Below are positions 51,333 to 59,968 of a stretch of 64,000 nt of DNA, one piece after another (position 1 is the stretch's first letter; every line of letters starts with the position of its first letter). Source of the stretch: Patescibacteria group bacterium (GTDB taxonomy: Bacteria > Patescibacteriota > Patescibacteriia > UBA10025 > JAHIVO01); assembly GCA_041660605.1 (NCBI GenBank), contig JBAZWB010000001.1:73295-137294 (forward strand), written 5' to 3'. A model generated the notes under the pieces. That model saw only the letters and a program-made list of their open reading frames with translations, had not been told where the DNA came from and did not search any database. Made by a program: the position numbers and the translations under genes.

Positions 51333-51710
51333 ATGACCGATAAAAAAAGCGTATTAATTGCCGAAGACGATGAGCCGGTAAGGCGGGTTATCAAGAATGA
51401 ATTGGAAAAAGCCGGCATCAAAGTCATTGAAGCGCAAAACGGCGAGGAGGCGCTGGCTATCTCTCTGAATGAGCACCCTTCGCTTATTTTACTGGATGTG
51501 CTAATGCCAAAAATGCACGGCATGGAATTCCTGCGCAAACTGCATGATGATGAATGGGGCAAAAGCGCGCGGGTCATTCTTTTGACCAATTTTGCCGAAG
51601 ACCCGCGGGTCCTGGAAGCGGTCAAGGAAGGCCGCTGTGGATTACTGAACAAAGCGGAGACCAGGCTTGAAGACGTGGTAGCCAAGATTAAAGAAAAGAT
51701 TGGCGCCTAA
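51333..51710 (+). CDS. Single-domain response regulator
   Basis: IAEDD, LLDVLMP, LTN, conserved K. Confidence 0.92.
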   Translation: MTDKKSVLIAEDDEPVRRVIKNELEKAGIKVIEAQNGEEALAISLNEHPSLILLDVLMPKMHGMEFLRKLHDDEWGKSARVILLTNFAEDPRVLEAVKEGRCGLLNKAETRLEDVVAKIKEKIGA

Positions 51711-51755
51711 TTGCAGATTAAAAACTACCAGTTATACAGCTGGCCGGCTATTTTT

Positions 51756-52403
51756 TTATGATAATGATTGTATCAGTTCTGCAGTTATCTCGTTATGAGA
51801 ACTGACAACATGATCAGCCAGAATAAGCGCATGCGGCGCAAGGCTATTGGCAATGGCTATACAGCGCAGGCCGGCGGCTTTGGCTGACTTGACTCCGGCT
51901 ACCGCGTCTTCAATCACCACGCATTCCGCAGCTGGCAAGCCGAGTTTTTTTAAAGTAAGCAAATAGGGTTCAGGATCAGGTTTGCTTTTGGCGAATTCTT
52001 CAGTAGTGACGGTAACCGTAAAATAATGGGCGAGCCCGAACTGTTTAAACACTTCATCCATCTCCGGCCTGGTAGCGCCGGTGGTTAGCGCCAGCCGGTA
52101 TGATGCGCTCAGGCGTTTAATAGTTTCCAGAGAATCTGGTACCAGTGGGATGCCATTTTTTACGAATTGCCAATAGAGTTTCATTTTTTGTTTGTACAAT
52201 TCATCCAGCGTCAGTGGGAGCCGGCGCCCTTCCATTAAATACTGGAAGCCTGCTAAATCTGACCGGCCAAGGATATGTTTCTGATATAATCGGTGATCCA
52301 GCTTGATACCCATTGGTTCTAATACTTCCCTGAAGGCCCGCTCGTGGAGCGGCTCGTCATCAATAATCACGCCGTTCATATCGAAAATAATTGCTTTTAT
52401 CAT
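51756..52403 (-). CDS. HAD-superfamily phosphatase (second paralog)
   Basis: FDMNGV, KPDPEPY, EDA..G. Confidence 0.88.
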   Translation of the reverse strand: MIKAIIFDMNGVIIDDEPLHERAFREVLEPMGIKLDHRLYQKHILGRSDLAGFQYLMEGRRLPLTLDELYKQKMKLYWQFVKNGIPLVPDSLETIKRLSASYRLALTTGATRPEMDEVFKQFGLAHYFTVTVTTEEFAKSKPDPEPYLLTLKKLGLPAAECVVIEDAVAGVKSAKAAGLRCIAIANSLAPHALILADHVVSSHNEITAELIQSLS

Positions 52404-52457
52404 ATGCTATGTAGTTTTTCATAGAGTCAATAAATTGTAAAGTTTATTTATAAAATT

Positions 52458-52566
52458 ATCCAGGAGAAGGCCTCTGTGCCTGCGACTGGAGATTAAACGG
52501 CGAGCGCGGCCGCAGAGGGCCACGCTCGGAACTTAAAATTACTCCGCAATGGGCGGGTTAAGTTTG
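52458..52566 (+). ncRNA. Candidate structured RNA, partly ZMP/ZTP-riboswitch-like
   Basis: GC-rich island; stem cctctgtgcctgcg/cgcggccgcagagg around GACTGGAG...CGGCGAG; upstream of NUDIX-glyA and folD. Confidence 0.35.
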
Positions 52567-52642
52567 TATTTGAAATAAGTTTTGCTTTGTTTCTGTTTTT
52601 CCAGTAAAATACAGATAAGAAAGCGGTTTAAATATAAATCAT

Positions 52643-53023
52643 ATGCAATTTATCATCGCTGCCGGGCCGGTAATCATAGAAAACAACAAAGTCCTGGTTA
52701 ATAAGCACGGCGGTACTGATTTTTGGAAATTTCCCGGCGGAAGCATGGATGATAACGACGGGTTAGATCTGGAAAAGGCAGCCAAACGCGAGGCGAAGGA
52801 AGAAATGGGCATAGATATTGAGATCGTCAAGCCCTTAAGCACGTTATTATCAAAAAAAGGCGAGAGTATAGTTGTGCTCGTGCATTATTTAGCCAAAAGA
52901 ATAGGGGAGATTAATCCAGGAAAAGATATCCGCGAGTGGAAATGGCTGGATATTAATAATCTGCCGGATGACGTCGGACCTAATATTAAACCTATAATAA
53001 AAGAGTATTTTAAAATTAAATAA
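52643..53023 (+). CDS. NUDIX hydrolase
   Basis: FPGG...AAKREAKEEMG Nudix box. Confidence 0.9.
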   Translation: MQFIIAAGPVIIENNKVLVNKHGGTDFWKFPGGSMDDNDGLDLEKAAKREAKEEMGIDIEIVKPLSTLLSKKGESIVVLVHYLAKRIGEINPGKDIREWKWLDINNLPDDVGPNIKPIIKEYFKIK

Positions 53024-53033
53024 ATAAAAAAAT

Positions 53034-54323
53034 ATGTCTCTTGAACAAAAAGATAATAAAATTTTTCATGCCCTAGCTGACGAATTAAAGCGCCAGCAGG
53101 AAGGCCTGGAAATGATTCCGTCAGAAAATTATGTTTCCCCGGAAGTGCTGGAGGCCCTGGGCACAGTTTTGACAAATAAATATTCAGAAGGTTTCCCCGG
53201 GAAGCGATATTACGGCGGCAACCAGTTTATTGATGTTATAGAAAAAACCGCAGTCGACAGAGCCAAACGGCTTTTTGGCGTAGAACATGCGAATGTCCAG
53301 CCATATTCCGGTTCGCCGGCAAATCAGGCGGTTTATCTGGCTCTATTGAAACCAGGTGATAAAGTGATGGGACTGAGTTTGACTCACGGCGGGCATTTAA
53401 CCCATGGTTGGAAAGTTAATTTTTCCGGCTTAACTTATCATTCAGTGCCGTACGGAGTAGATAAAGAGACAAATTTGATTGATTATGAGGCGCTTTTAAA
53501 TTTGGCCAAGAAGGAAAAGCCGAAAATGATTATTGCCGGCGCCACGGCATATCCCCGTGAAATTGACTTCAAAGCGTTCGGACAGATTGCCCAGGAAGTA
53601 GGGGCTTATTTACTGACTGATGCTTCTCATATTGCCGGTTTGATCATCGCCGGCGTCCACCAGTCGCCGGTGCCTTATTCCGACGTAGTGATGACTACAA
53701 CCCATAAAACATTGCGCGGTCCCCGCGGCGCCATTCTGATGTGCCCGCATAAAACCGACCGCCTCAAGGAAAAATACCACGAGGAGTCCAAATGGAACCT
53801 GGCTGAACTGGTTGACCGGGCGGTTTTCCCGGGATTGCAGGGCGGTCCGCATAACCACCAGACGGCGGCTATCGCCGTGTCCCTGAAAGAAGCCAGCACG
53901 CCGGAATTTAAAAAGTACGGCGAGCAGGTGGTAAAAAATTCTAAAGCACTGGCAGAGGGATTACTGGAAAATAAGTTCAATCTGGTTACCGGAGGGACGG
54001 ATAACCATTTAATTCTTATTGACCTCAATAATAAGGAAATCTCCGGACGTGAGGCGGAAGAGCTGCTTGATTCAGTGGGCATTACGGTGAACAAAAATAT
54101 GGTGCCCTTTGATCCCAGAAAACCCATGGATCCATCCGGCATCCGGCTGGGTACGCCGGCCCTAACTACCCGCGGATTCAAAGAAGCGGATATGGCGGTG
54201 GTGGCCAGTCTGATCGCCGACATCATTCATAATCAAAAAAAGGAGATAGTGAAGGAAGAGGTAGCGAAAAAAGTGCGGGAGTTAACGGAAAAATACCCGA
54301 TTTATAAAAGTTTAGGGGAGTAG
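53034..54323 (+). CDS. glyA: Serine hydroxymethyltransferase
   Basis: SENY, YSEG, HGGHLTHG, TTTHKTLRGPRG, GIRLGTPA. Confidence 0.99.
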   Translation: MSLEQKDNKIFHALADELKRQQEGLEMIPSENYVSPEVLEALGTVLTNKYSEGFPGKRYYGGNQFIDVIEKTAVDRAKRLFGVEHANVQPYSGSPANQAVYLALLKPGDKVMGLSLTHGGHLTHGWKVNFSGLTYHSVPYGVDKETNLIDYEALLNLAKKEKPKMIIAGATAYPREIDFKAFGQIAQEVGAYLLTDASHIAGLIIAGVHQSPVPYSDVVMTTTHKTLRGPRGAILMCPHKTDRLKEKYHEESKWNLAELVDRAVFPGLQGGPHNHQTAAIAVSLKEASTPEFKKYGEQVVKNSKALAEGLLENKFNLVTGGTDNHLILIDLNNKEISGREAEELLDSVGITVNKNMVPFDPRKPMDPSGIRLGTPALTTRGFKEADMAVVASLIADIIHNQKKEIVKEEVAKKVRELTEKYPIYKSLGE

Positions 54324-54407
54324 GTAGTAAAGGCAAATAGGAGCTAAAGGCTAAAAGGAGGAAGAGTAAGACACGCCCCCATTGTCGTAGGTTAATTTTA
54401 AAGCTAT

Positions 54408-54475
54408 ATCCTGAAACAAGTTCAGGATGACAGTAATTAGTAAAAACCTTTGTCACCCTGAATTTATTTCAGGGT
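54408..54475. repeat. Pair of inverted REP-like palindromes
   Basis: atcctgaaacaagttcaggatgaca and tgtcaccctgaatttatttcagggt; heptamer-like tract just upstream at 54321-54370. Confidence 0.65.
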
Positions 54476-54595
54476 ATGGGCGTGGCCTGGCGTACGCAGG
54501 AGGGGTATTCGTTGTTTTATGAGGTGAAACATACTTCGATTTTTAATATCCAAAATGTGTCAACTGAACGTTTAATATGCTAGAATACAGATATT

Positions 54596-55438
54596 ATGAA
54601 GGGAAAAGCGAATATAATTGATGGAAATAAAATAGCCGAATCAATACGAGCTGAGTTGACACGGCGTGTAGCTGATTTTTCTGCGCCGCCTGGTTTGGCG
54701 ATTATTTTGATCGGCGACGATCCGGGTTCGCACACCTATGTCCACTTGAAAGAAAAGGCGGCCCGGGAAATTGGCATATATTTTGAGAAGCACCTGTTTC
54801 CGGCCAATATCGCAGAGAAAAAAATTATCGATTTGATCGAGTCATTGAATAAAAATTCATCAATACATGGTATCGTAGTGCAGTTTCCGCTGCCCTCGGG
54901 ATGGCGCAAGGATAATATCATTGACGCTATTTCCGTGGAAAAAGACGTGGACGGTTTCCATCCTGACAACGTCAAAGCTCTGCTGGCAGACAGGCCGCTC
55001 ATTGTCCCGGGGCTGGCCACTGGCATCATGGAACTGATACAGAGTACCGGCGTGCCGCTTCAGGGAAAGCAGGCTGTTATTCTGGCCAACAGTAAGGTAT
55101 TTTCAGGGCCACTGGGGCATTTGTTGCGCCAGCAGGGGGTAGCGGTCTCCGCCTGTAATCCCGAGCAAGCTGACTGCCAGCTAATTTCCCAAAAAGCGGA
55201 TATTCTGGTAGTAGCTATTGGCCGGCCAGGATTAATAAAAGCCGAAGTAGTAAAAAAAGGCGCCATTGTTATTGATGTCGGGTATAACCGTGTTGCCGGT
55301 CGGCCGGTAGGCGACGTGGATTTTGATTCAGTCCAGGAAAAAGCCGGCTGGATCACGCCGGTGCCCGGCGGAGTCGGCCCCATGACCGTGGCCATGCTTT
55401 TAAAAAATGTTTTTACGGCTTATGAAAAGCAGAAGTAA
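54596..55438 (+). CDS. folD: Methylenetetrahydrofolate dehydrogenase/cyclohydrolase
   Basis: IIDG, VQFPLP, EKDVDGFHP, IDVG, TPVPGGVGPMT. Confidence 0.97.
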   Translation: MKGKANIIDGNKIAESIRAELTRRVADFSAPPGLAIILIGDDPGSHTYVHLKEKAAREIGIYFEKHLFPANIAEKKIIDLIESLNKNSSIHGIVVQFPLPSGWRKDNIIDAISVEKDVDGFHPDNVKALLADRPLIVPGLATGIMELIQSTGVPLQGKQAVILANSKVFSGPLGHLLRQQGVAVSACNPEQADCQLISQKADILVVAIGRPGLIKAEVVKKGAIVIDVGYNRVAGRPVGDVDFDSVQEKAGWITPVPGGVGPMTVAMLLKNVFTAYEKQK

Positions 55439-55946
55439 AAAATTCTTCCGTTTTTGTCCGCACTGCGGCGGATTTTTGGAAATGAAGAACAGGGAGGGGC
55501 GTAGGAGATTAATCTGCAAAAAGTGCGGATATATTTTATATCAGAATTCCGTGCCTACGGTTACCGCGTTGATTTTGGATAAGCGCGGCAGGATACTGCT
55601 GACACGGCGCGGTATCCGTCCGAAATACGGCTGCTGGGATTTACCCGGCGGCTTCTTGGAAAACGGCGAAGATCCTATAGCTGGTTTAAAAAGGGAAATC
55701 AGGGAGGAGTTAGGGGCTACTTTGCTAAAAATAAAATACCTTGGCGTTTATATTGATAAATATTTCCACCAGAGCACGATTAATACCCTGAATCTTTTTT
55801 ATGAAGCCAGGATTGGCCGGGGAACGTTAAAAGCTCTGAGCGATATCAGCGGCTACCGTTGGTTTGAATACAAGAAAATTCCTATGAATAAAATCGCCTT
55901 CAAATGGAATAAAACCGCACTGAAAGACTGGCGCCGTGGCCGATGA
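55422..55946 (+). CDS. Zinc-ribbon NUDIX hydrolase
   Basis: FCPHCG...CKKCG, LPGGFLENGE...REIREELG; start ATG 55422. Confidence 0.9.
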   Translation: MKSRSKKFFRFCPHCGGFLEMKNREGRRRLICKKCGYILYQNSVPTVTALILDKRGRILLTRRGIRPKYGCWDLPGGFLENGEDPIAGLKREIREELGATLLKIKYLGVYIDKYFHQSTINTLNLFYEARIGRGTLKALSDISGYRWFEYKKIPMNKIAFKWNKTALKDWRRGR

Positions 55947-55987
55947 ACTGTCACGCCGGTAATTAAATGTTTTTTTTGACTGCTATC

Positions 55988-56058
55988 CTTCTTCGTCCCG
56001 CAAATACGGGGCTACGAAGGGTTTTCCTTATTTTATTTCTCCGCAGTCAACTGCGGAG
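55988..56058. repeat. Small palindromic elements
   Basis: ccttcttcgtcccg-caaata-cggggctacgaagg and ctccgcag-tcaa-ctgcggag. Confidence 0.5.
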
Positions 56059-56078
56059 TTTATTTATTGAGGAAAATA

Positions 56079-56114
56079 AATGAACCGCCGTGGCAAGGTT
56101 GCCGACGGCGGTTC
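56079..56114 (-). terminator. Terminator hairpin
   Basis: gaaccgccgt...acggcggttc. Confidence 0.65.
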
Positions 56115-56122
56115 GAGTAATC

Positions 56123-57007
56123 TCAGACGGAGACTCGACGCGAGAAGAACAAATTCATTACGGTTCGGAAGTCCAGCTCAGGGAAAATCTCGGAAACATA
56201 GATCTCCATGATTTTCGCCTGGCGCCTGACCTTAATGAGATGCTGCTCCATTTCTGCAAATGATTTGCGTGAAAGATCCCAGATAAGCGGGTTACTGTTG
56301 CAAACCATGCCCCAGCGCCAGTCGAGGCCGTATTTGGCCTGGATTCTCAGCATCAAATGGAAGTCGTCCATACCGGCAATCTGGATTTGTCTGCTTTCGA
56401 TTTCGATAGTTTCATCTTGCCGTCCGTCGCAGCGGGTATCAAAGCCGCTGAATTCAGCCAGTGTCTGATATTCCCACAAACAGACAGTATTTTGTGCTAC
56501 ACTCCACTGGTAGTATTCCCAGTGGTTCTGTCGGTAACAGCCGCAGACTTTTAGATGATACCGATCACTGGTTCTGATCATCTCACTGATGACGAAGGGG
56601 TTGATTAACATCTCTTTTGAGAGAACAAGTAGCCAGTGCGGTAGGTTATTCCAGTGGGAAATCACCTCAATTACCTTATTGATGGCGGCGCAACTTCCCG
56701 GATTCAATCCCCAGTTGTTACAGGCAACAGGGGTGACTTTTTCAGACGAAAAAGTATCCGTTATTAGTCTCGTGGTTGGTGTACTGCCGTCATCATCCGG
56801 TAGTTCAGCCAGCTTTGATCCTGGCTCAGCATTGGTCACGACATAAATGTGCCGTACATGCGGACTTGCTAGTATGCTGTTGATTGTGTATAGCAGGCTG
56901 CTTTTATATGCCTGCCATTCCTCATCGCTGATTTTTCGGCCCCCCTTACCAATACCAGCTTTGAAACTCCTGATGATCACATCAGTTGAGCCTTCAAATT
57001 CGATCAC
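56123..57007 (-). CDS. Hypothetical protein, possible GT-A (glycosyltransferase-like) fold
   Basis: DVIIRSF, IYVVTN, G..AAIN, WLLVLSKE at the DxD position; GGAGG SD plus GTG start. Confidence 0.6.
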   Translation of the reverse strand: MIEFEGSTDVIIRSFKAGIGKGGRKISDEEWQAYKSSLLYTINSILASPHVRHIYVVTNAEPGSKLAELPDDDGSTPTTRLITDTFSSEKVTPVACNNWGLNPGSCAAINKVIEVISHWNNLPHWLLVLSKEMLINPFVISEMIRTSDRYHLKVCGCYRQNHWEYYQWSVAQNTVCLWEYQTLAEFSGFDTRCDGRQDETIEIESRQIQIAGMDDFHLMLRIQAKYGLDWRWGMVCNSNPLIWDLSRKSFAEMEQHLIKVRRQAKIMEIYVSEIFPELDFRTVMNLFFSRRVSV

Positions 57008-57037
57008 TTTACCTCCAGTATGTTAATTATTCATAAT

Positions 57038-57091
57038 AATCAAGGTGCGATAATAGCTGATGATTATACATCGGTTGTTAATAAATGTCAA
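57038..57091 (-). promoter_or_regulatory. Consensus sigma70 promoter plus boxA-like element
   Basis: Minus strand TTGACA-17bp-TATAAT; CGCACCTTGATT 13 nt later. Confidence 0.75.
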
Positions 57092-57151
57092 TGGTAAAAC
57101 AAAAAACCCGGAGGATTTTGCCCCGGGCTTTTTATGTGAAAATTTTATTTT

Positions 57152-57892
57152 TTAATTTGAAAGTTTGCCTGTACCATTTGGGTTGTAACCAGCGTCCACT
57201 TCAGCTCCGTCAAGGTAGCCGTCGCCGTCAGTGTCGGGATTTTTTGGATCTGCGTCATATAGTTTTTCACGCAAGTCGGATAGACCGTCACCGTCAGAAT
57301 CAAGCACCTGGTTGGTATTGGCGTTGGCATTTGAATTCAGGTTAGCCGCTGTGTTGGTATTCAGATTTGTATTAAGGTTTGAGTTCAGTGCCTGGTTGGT
57401 ATTGAGGTTTAGATTTGACGCGTTGGTATTGGCGTTGCGATTGAGGTTGGTGTTGGAATTAGCGTTGACATTCACTTCCGAGTTGGCGTTGACTTCGGTA
57501 TTTTCATTATTGGCGTTATTCGTATTGGTTACGTACTGCAATATTAATATCGCACCAGCGATTAAAACCGCCAGTATGGCAAATATCATTAAACTGATCA
57601 TTATATATTTTCTTTTGCTGGGTTTTGGCGGTTCTGGCGGCAATGAACTGGGTATGCTAAATTTGGTTGCCGGCGGTTCTGGCGGCAGTTCTCTCGGAGG
57701 CATCCCCATGGGTGAAGCTTGTCGCAGCGGCGGCATCCCAACAGGAGTTGCTTGCCTTAATGGGGGCGGAGGGGTTGGCCCGGCTGGTCTACCTAAATCG
57801 CTGACTGGTTTCCAAGGGCCCCAATTTTTTGGCTGAGTGGGCGTACTGCTTGGCTGATTTGATTGCGTTGGCTTTTGGACATTTTCAAACAT
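57152..57892 (-). CDS. Bitopic membrane protein: Pro-rich N-terminus, Asn-rich stalk, thrombospondin-type-3-like Ca-binding repeats
   Basis: PPP tracts, TM, NxN repeats, DSDGDGLSD..E...DP..PDTDGDGY. Confidence 0.85.
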   Translation of the reverse strand: MFENVQKPTQSNQPSSTPTQPKNWGPWKPVSDLGRPAGPTPPPPLRQATPVGMPPLRQASPMGMPPRELPPEPPATKFSIPSSLPPEPPKPSKRKYIMISLMIFAILAVLIAGAILILQYVTNTNNANNENTEVNANSEVNVNANSNTNLNRNANTNASNLNLNTNQALNSNLNTNLNTNTAANLNSNANANTNQVLDSDGDGLSDLREKLYDADPKNPDTDGDGYLDGAEVDAGYNPNGTGKLSN

Positions 57893-57905
57893 AATTTTAT
57901 ATGAT

Positions 57906-57968
57906 TAATAGCTTATAGCGCATGGCTTATAGCAAATGGCATATTGCTAATAGCAAATGGTTTATATG
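57906..57968. repeat. Heptamer tandem tract, ~9 units
   Basis: taatagc ttatagc gcatggc ttatagc aaatggc atattgc taatagc aaatggt ttatatg. Confidence 0.75.
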
Positions 57969-57992
57969 TACAATAATAACATTTTTTAAAAC

Positions 57993-58709
57993 CTATGACA
58001 ATAAAATGACAGCCAGAGCGGCAATAGCAGCCGTTTCTGCGCGTAAAATTCGCTTGCCCAGGCTGACTATTTGGATGTTGTTTGTCTTTGCCAGGTCAAT
58101 TTCCTGGGGTGAAAAACCGCCTTCCGGGCCGATAAACAGGTGATATTCGCTAATTTGCGGATCAATTATTCCGGCGAGTTTATTTTTGCCCTCACCTTCC
58201 CAGGCAATTATTTTTTGCCCGGGGTTTTTTGCCGCCTGCGAGACAGCCTGGCTAAAATCGACAGTTTTTTCCAGGTGGCAGAGATTCAGCCCGCCGCATT
58301 GTTCGGTCGCTTCCTGGATTATTTTTTGGTACCGCCCCTGTTTGTTGGCAGAGATTTCCCTGACAATGGAATTGTCACTGACTACCGGCACGACAGTTTG
58401 TACGCCTAGCTCTACGGCTTTTTGCAGGATCCATTCAAATTTGTCTTTTTTCAGCAGAGATTGATATAGCGTAAGTTTCTTTTTTGGCTCCCTTGAAGGT
58501 TTTGATGTTTCAATAACAGCGGTCTGGACGGTTTTGCCATCAGTTTGAATTAAAGCCAGCTGATATTCAGCCTGGGGCGTAAATATGATAAACAGGTCGT
58601 CTTTTTTCAGGTGAAGTATTTTGGTCAGCTGATACACGATTTGCCGGTCGTTAATGGTCAGCCGATCGTTTTTAATATTAACTTGTGCTTGGTAAAAACG
58701 GGGGAGCAT
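57993..58709 (-). CDS. rsmE: 16S rRNA m3U1498 methyltransferase
   Basis: MLPRFY start, QKAVELGV, EATEQCG, IGPEGGFS, LGKRILRAETA; start reassigned to 58709. Confidence 0.95.
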   Translation of the reverse strand: MLPRFYQAQVNIKNDRLTINDRQIVYQLTKILHLKKDDLFIIFTPQAEYQLALIQTDGKTVQTAVIETSKPSREPKKKLTLYQSLLKKDKFEWILQKAVELGVQTVVPVVSDNSIVREISANKQGRYQKIIQEATEQCGGLNLCHLEKTVDFSQAVSQAAKNPGQKIIAWEGEGKNKLAGIIDPQISEYHLFIGPEGGFSPQEIDLAKTNNIQIVSLGKRILRAETAAIAALAVILLS

Positions 58710-58715
58710 GGGGTT

Positions 58716-58817
58716 ATTATAGCATATAGCGTATGGTTTATAGCATATGGATAATGGATTTATAAATAAAAAAGGTTTAATATTGACAACTATACGCCAT
58801 AAGCTATGTGCTATAAT
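58716..58817. promoter_or_regulatory. 28-bp inverted repeat forming divergent extended -10 promoters
   Basis: Arms 58716-58743 and 58790-58817 (24/28 identical), each ending in outward-facing TGCTATAAT. Confidence 0.7.
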
Positions 58818-58825
58818 AATATCAT

Positions 58826-59872
58826 ATGAAATTAACCATCGGCATCGTTGGCTTGCCCAACGTGGGCAAATCGACATTATTCAAGGCTTTGACGAAAAAA
58901 CAGGTAGACGCCTCCAACTATCCTTTCTGCACCATTGACCCGAACGTGGGAGTCGTGGAAGTGCCGGATAACCGCTTGCAGGCCCTGGCCGGCGTTTATA
59001 ATTCAGCCAAAGTAATTCCCACAGTCATTGAATTCGTGGACATCGCCGGGCTGGTGAAAGGCGCGCATAAGGGCGAAGGGCTGGGTAACGCTTTTCTTTC
59101 GAATATCCGCGAAGTGGCGGCTATCTGCCAGGTGGTCAGGGAATTCAAGGATCCCAATGTTACCCATATCGGCGGCAAGGTTGATCCTGACGATGATAAA
59201 TTGACCATTAATATGGAAATGATCTACGCTGATCTGGCGGTGCTGGAAAAAAGAATGCAGGATACAGTGCCAAAGACCAAGAGCGGGGACAAGGAAGCAA
59301 AAATTGCCCTGATTGTCTATGAGAAAGCTAAAAATATACTGGACAAGGGGACTTGGCCGGCAGAAGCGGATTTTACCAGGGAAGAGTTAGCGTTGCTGAA
59401 AGACCTGAATTTATTGACCATGAAGCCGATGCTCTATGTCCGTAATGTTGATGAGCAGGAAGCAGCCAGTGACCAACCGGGGAGCATTACCATCAGCGCC
59501 AAGATTGAATCCGAGCTGGCTGAAATGTCCGAGGCGGAGGCCCGGGATTATCTGGCCAGCCTGGGCCTTAAAAGCACGGGTCTGGAAAAACTTATTCTGG
59601 CCGCTTACCAACTGCTTGATCTCATAACTTTCTTTACTGCCGGACCGAAAGAAACGCGCGCCTGGACGGTGACCCGCGGCAGTACGGCGCCGCAAGCCGG
59701 CGGTAAAATTCATTCAGATTTTGAGGAAAGGTTCATCAGAGCGGAAGTGACAATCTGGCAGGATATCGTTAAATACGGCGGAGATGCTGCGGCCAAGGAA
59801 AAAGGCAAGGTCAGGGTGGAAGGCAGGGAATATATTGTCCAAGATGGAGACGTTATTTATTTTCGCATCTAG
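58826..59872 (+). CDS. ychF: Redox-regulated ATPase YchF
   Basis: GIVGLPNVGKST, NYPFCTIDPN, DIAGLV, GKIHSDF, C-terminal TGS domain. Confidence 0.98.
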   Translation: MKLTIGIVGLPNVGKSTLFKALTKKQVDASNYPFCTIDPNVGVVEVPDNRLQALAGVYNSAKVIPTVIEFVDIAGLVKGAHKGEGLGNAFLSNIREVAAICQVVREFKDPNVTHIGGKVDPDDDKLTINMEMIYADLAVLEKRMQDTVPKTKSGDKEAKIALIVYEKAKNILDKGTWPAEADFTREELALLKDLNLLTMKPMLYVRNVDEQEAASDQPGSITISAKIESELAEMSEAEARDYLASLGLKSTGLEKLILAAYQLLDLITFFTAGPKETRAWTVTRGSTAPQAGGKIHSDFEERFIRAEVTIWQDIVKYGGDAAAKEKGKVRVEGREYIVQDGDVIYFRI

Positions 59873-59890
59873 TTTCTCATCCGCATTGCA

Positions 59891-59943
59891 TTGACATGGT
59901 GCTGGCGGTATGTTAGGTTTGCTTAATATTTAGTACCTTGAAT
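59891..59943 (+). promoter_or_regulatory. sigma70 promoter plus boxA-like element
   Basis: TTGACA-17bp-(TGt)TAGGTT; AGTACCTTGAAT at 59932. Confidence 0.6.
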
Positions 59944-59968
59944 TATAATAACCAAGAAGGAGTGAGTC

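Noticed and set aside
52452-52500. SAM-I or glycine riboswitch (ttatccag...ctggagattaa; GGAGA)
   Set aside because: The core junction motifs are absent and the spacing is too short.
57231-57836. 201-aa plus-strand ORF
   Set aside because: Antisense to a low-complexity Pro/Asn-rich gene.
58710-58877. N-terminal extension of rsmE in the ORF track
   Set aside because: It overlaps ychF and the repeat/promoter region; RsmE similarity starts at MLPRFY (58709).
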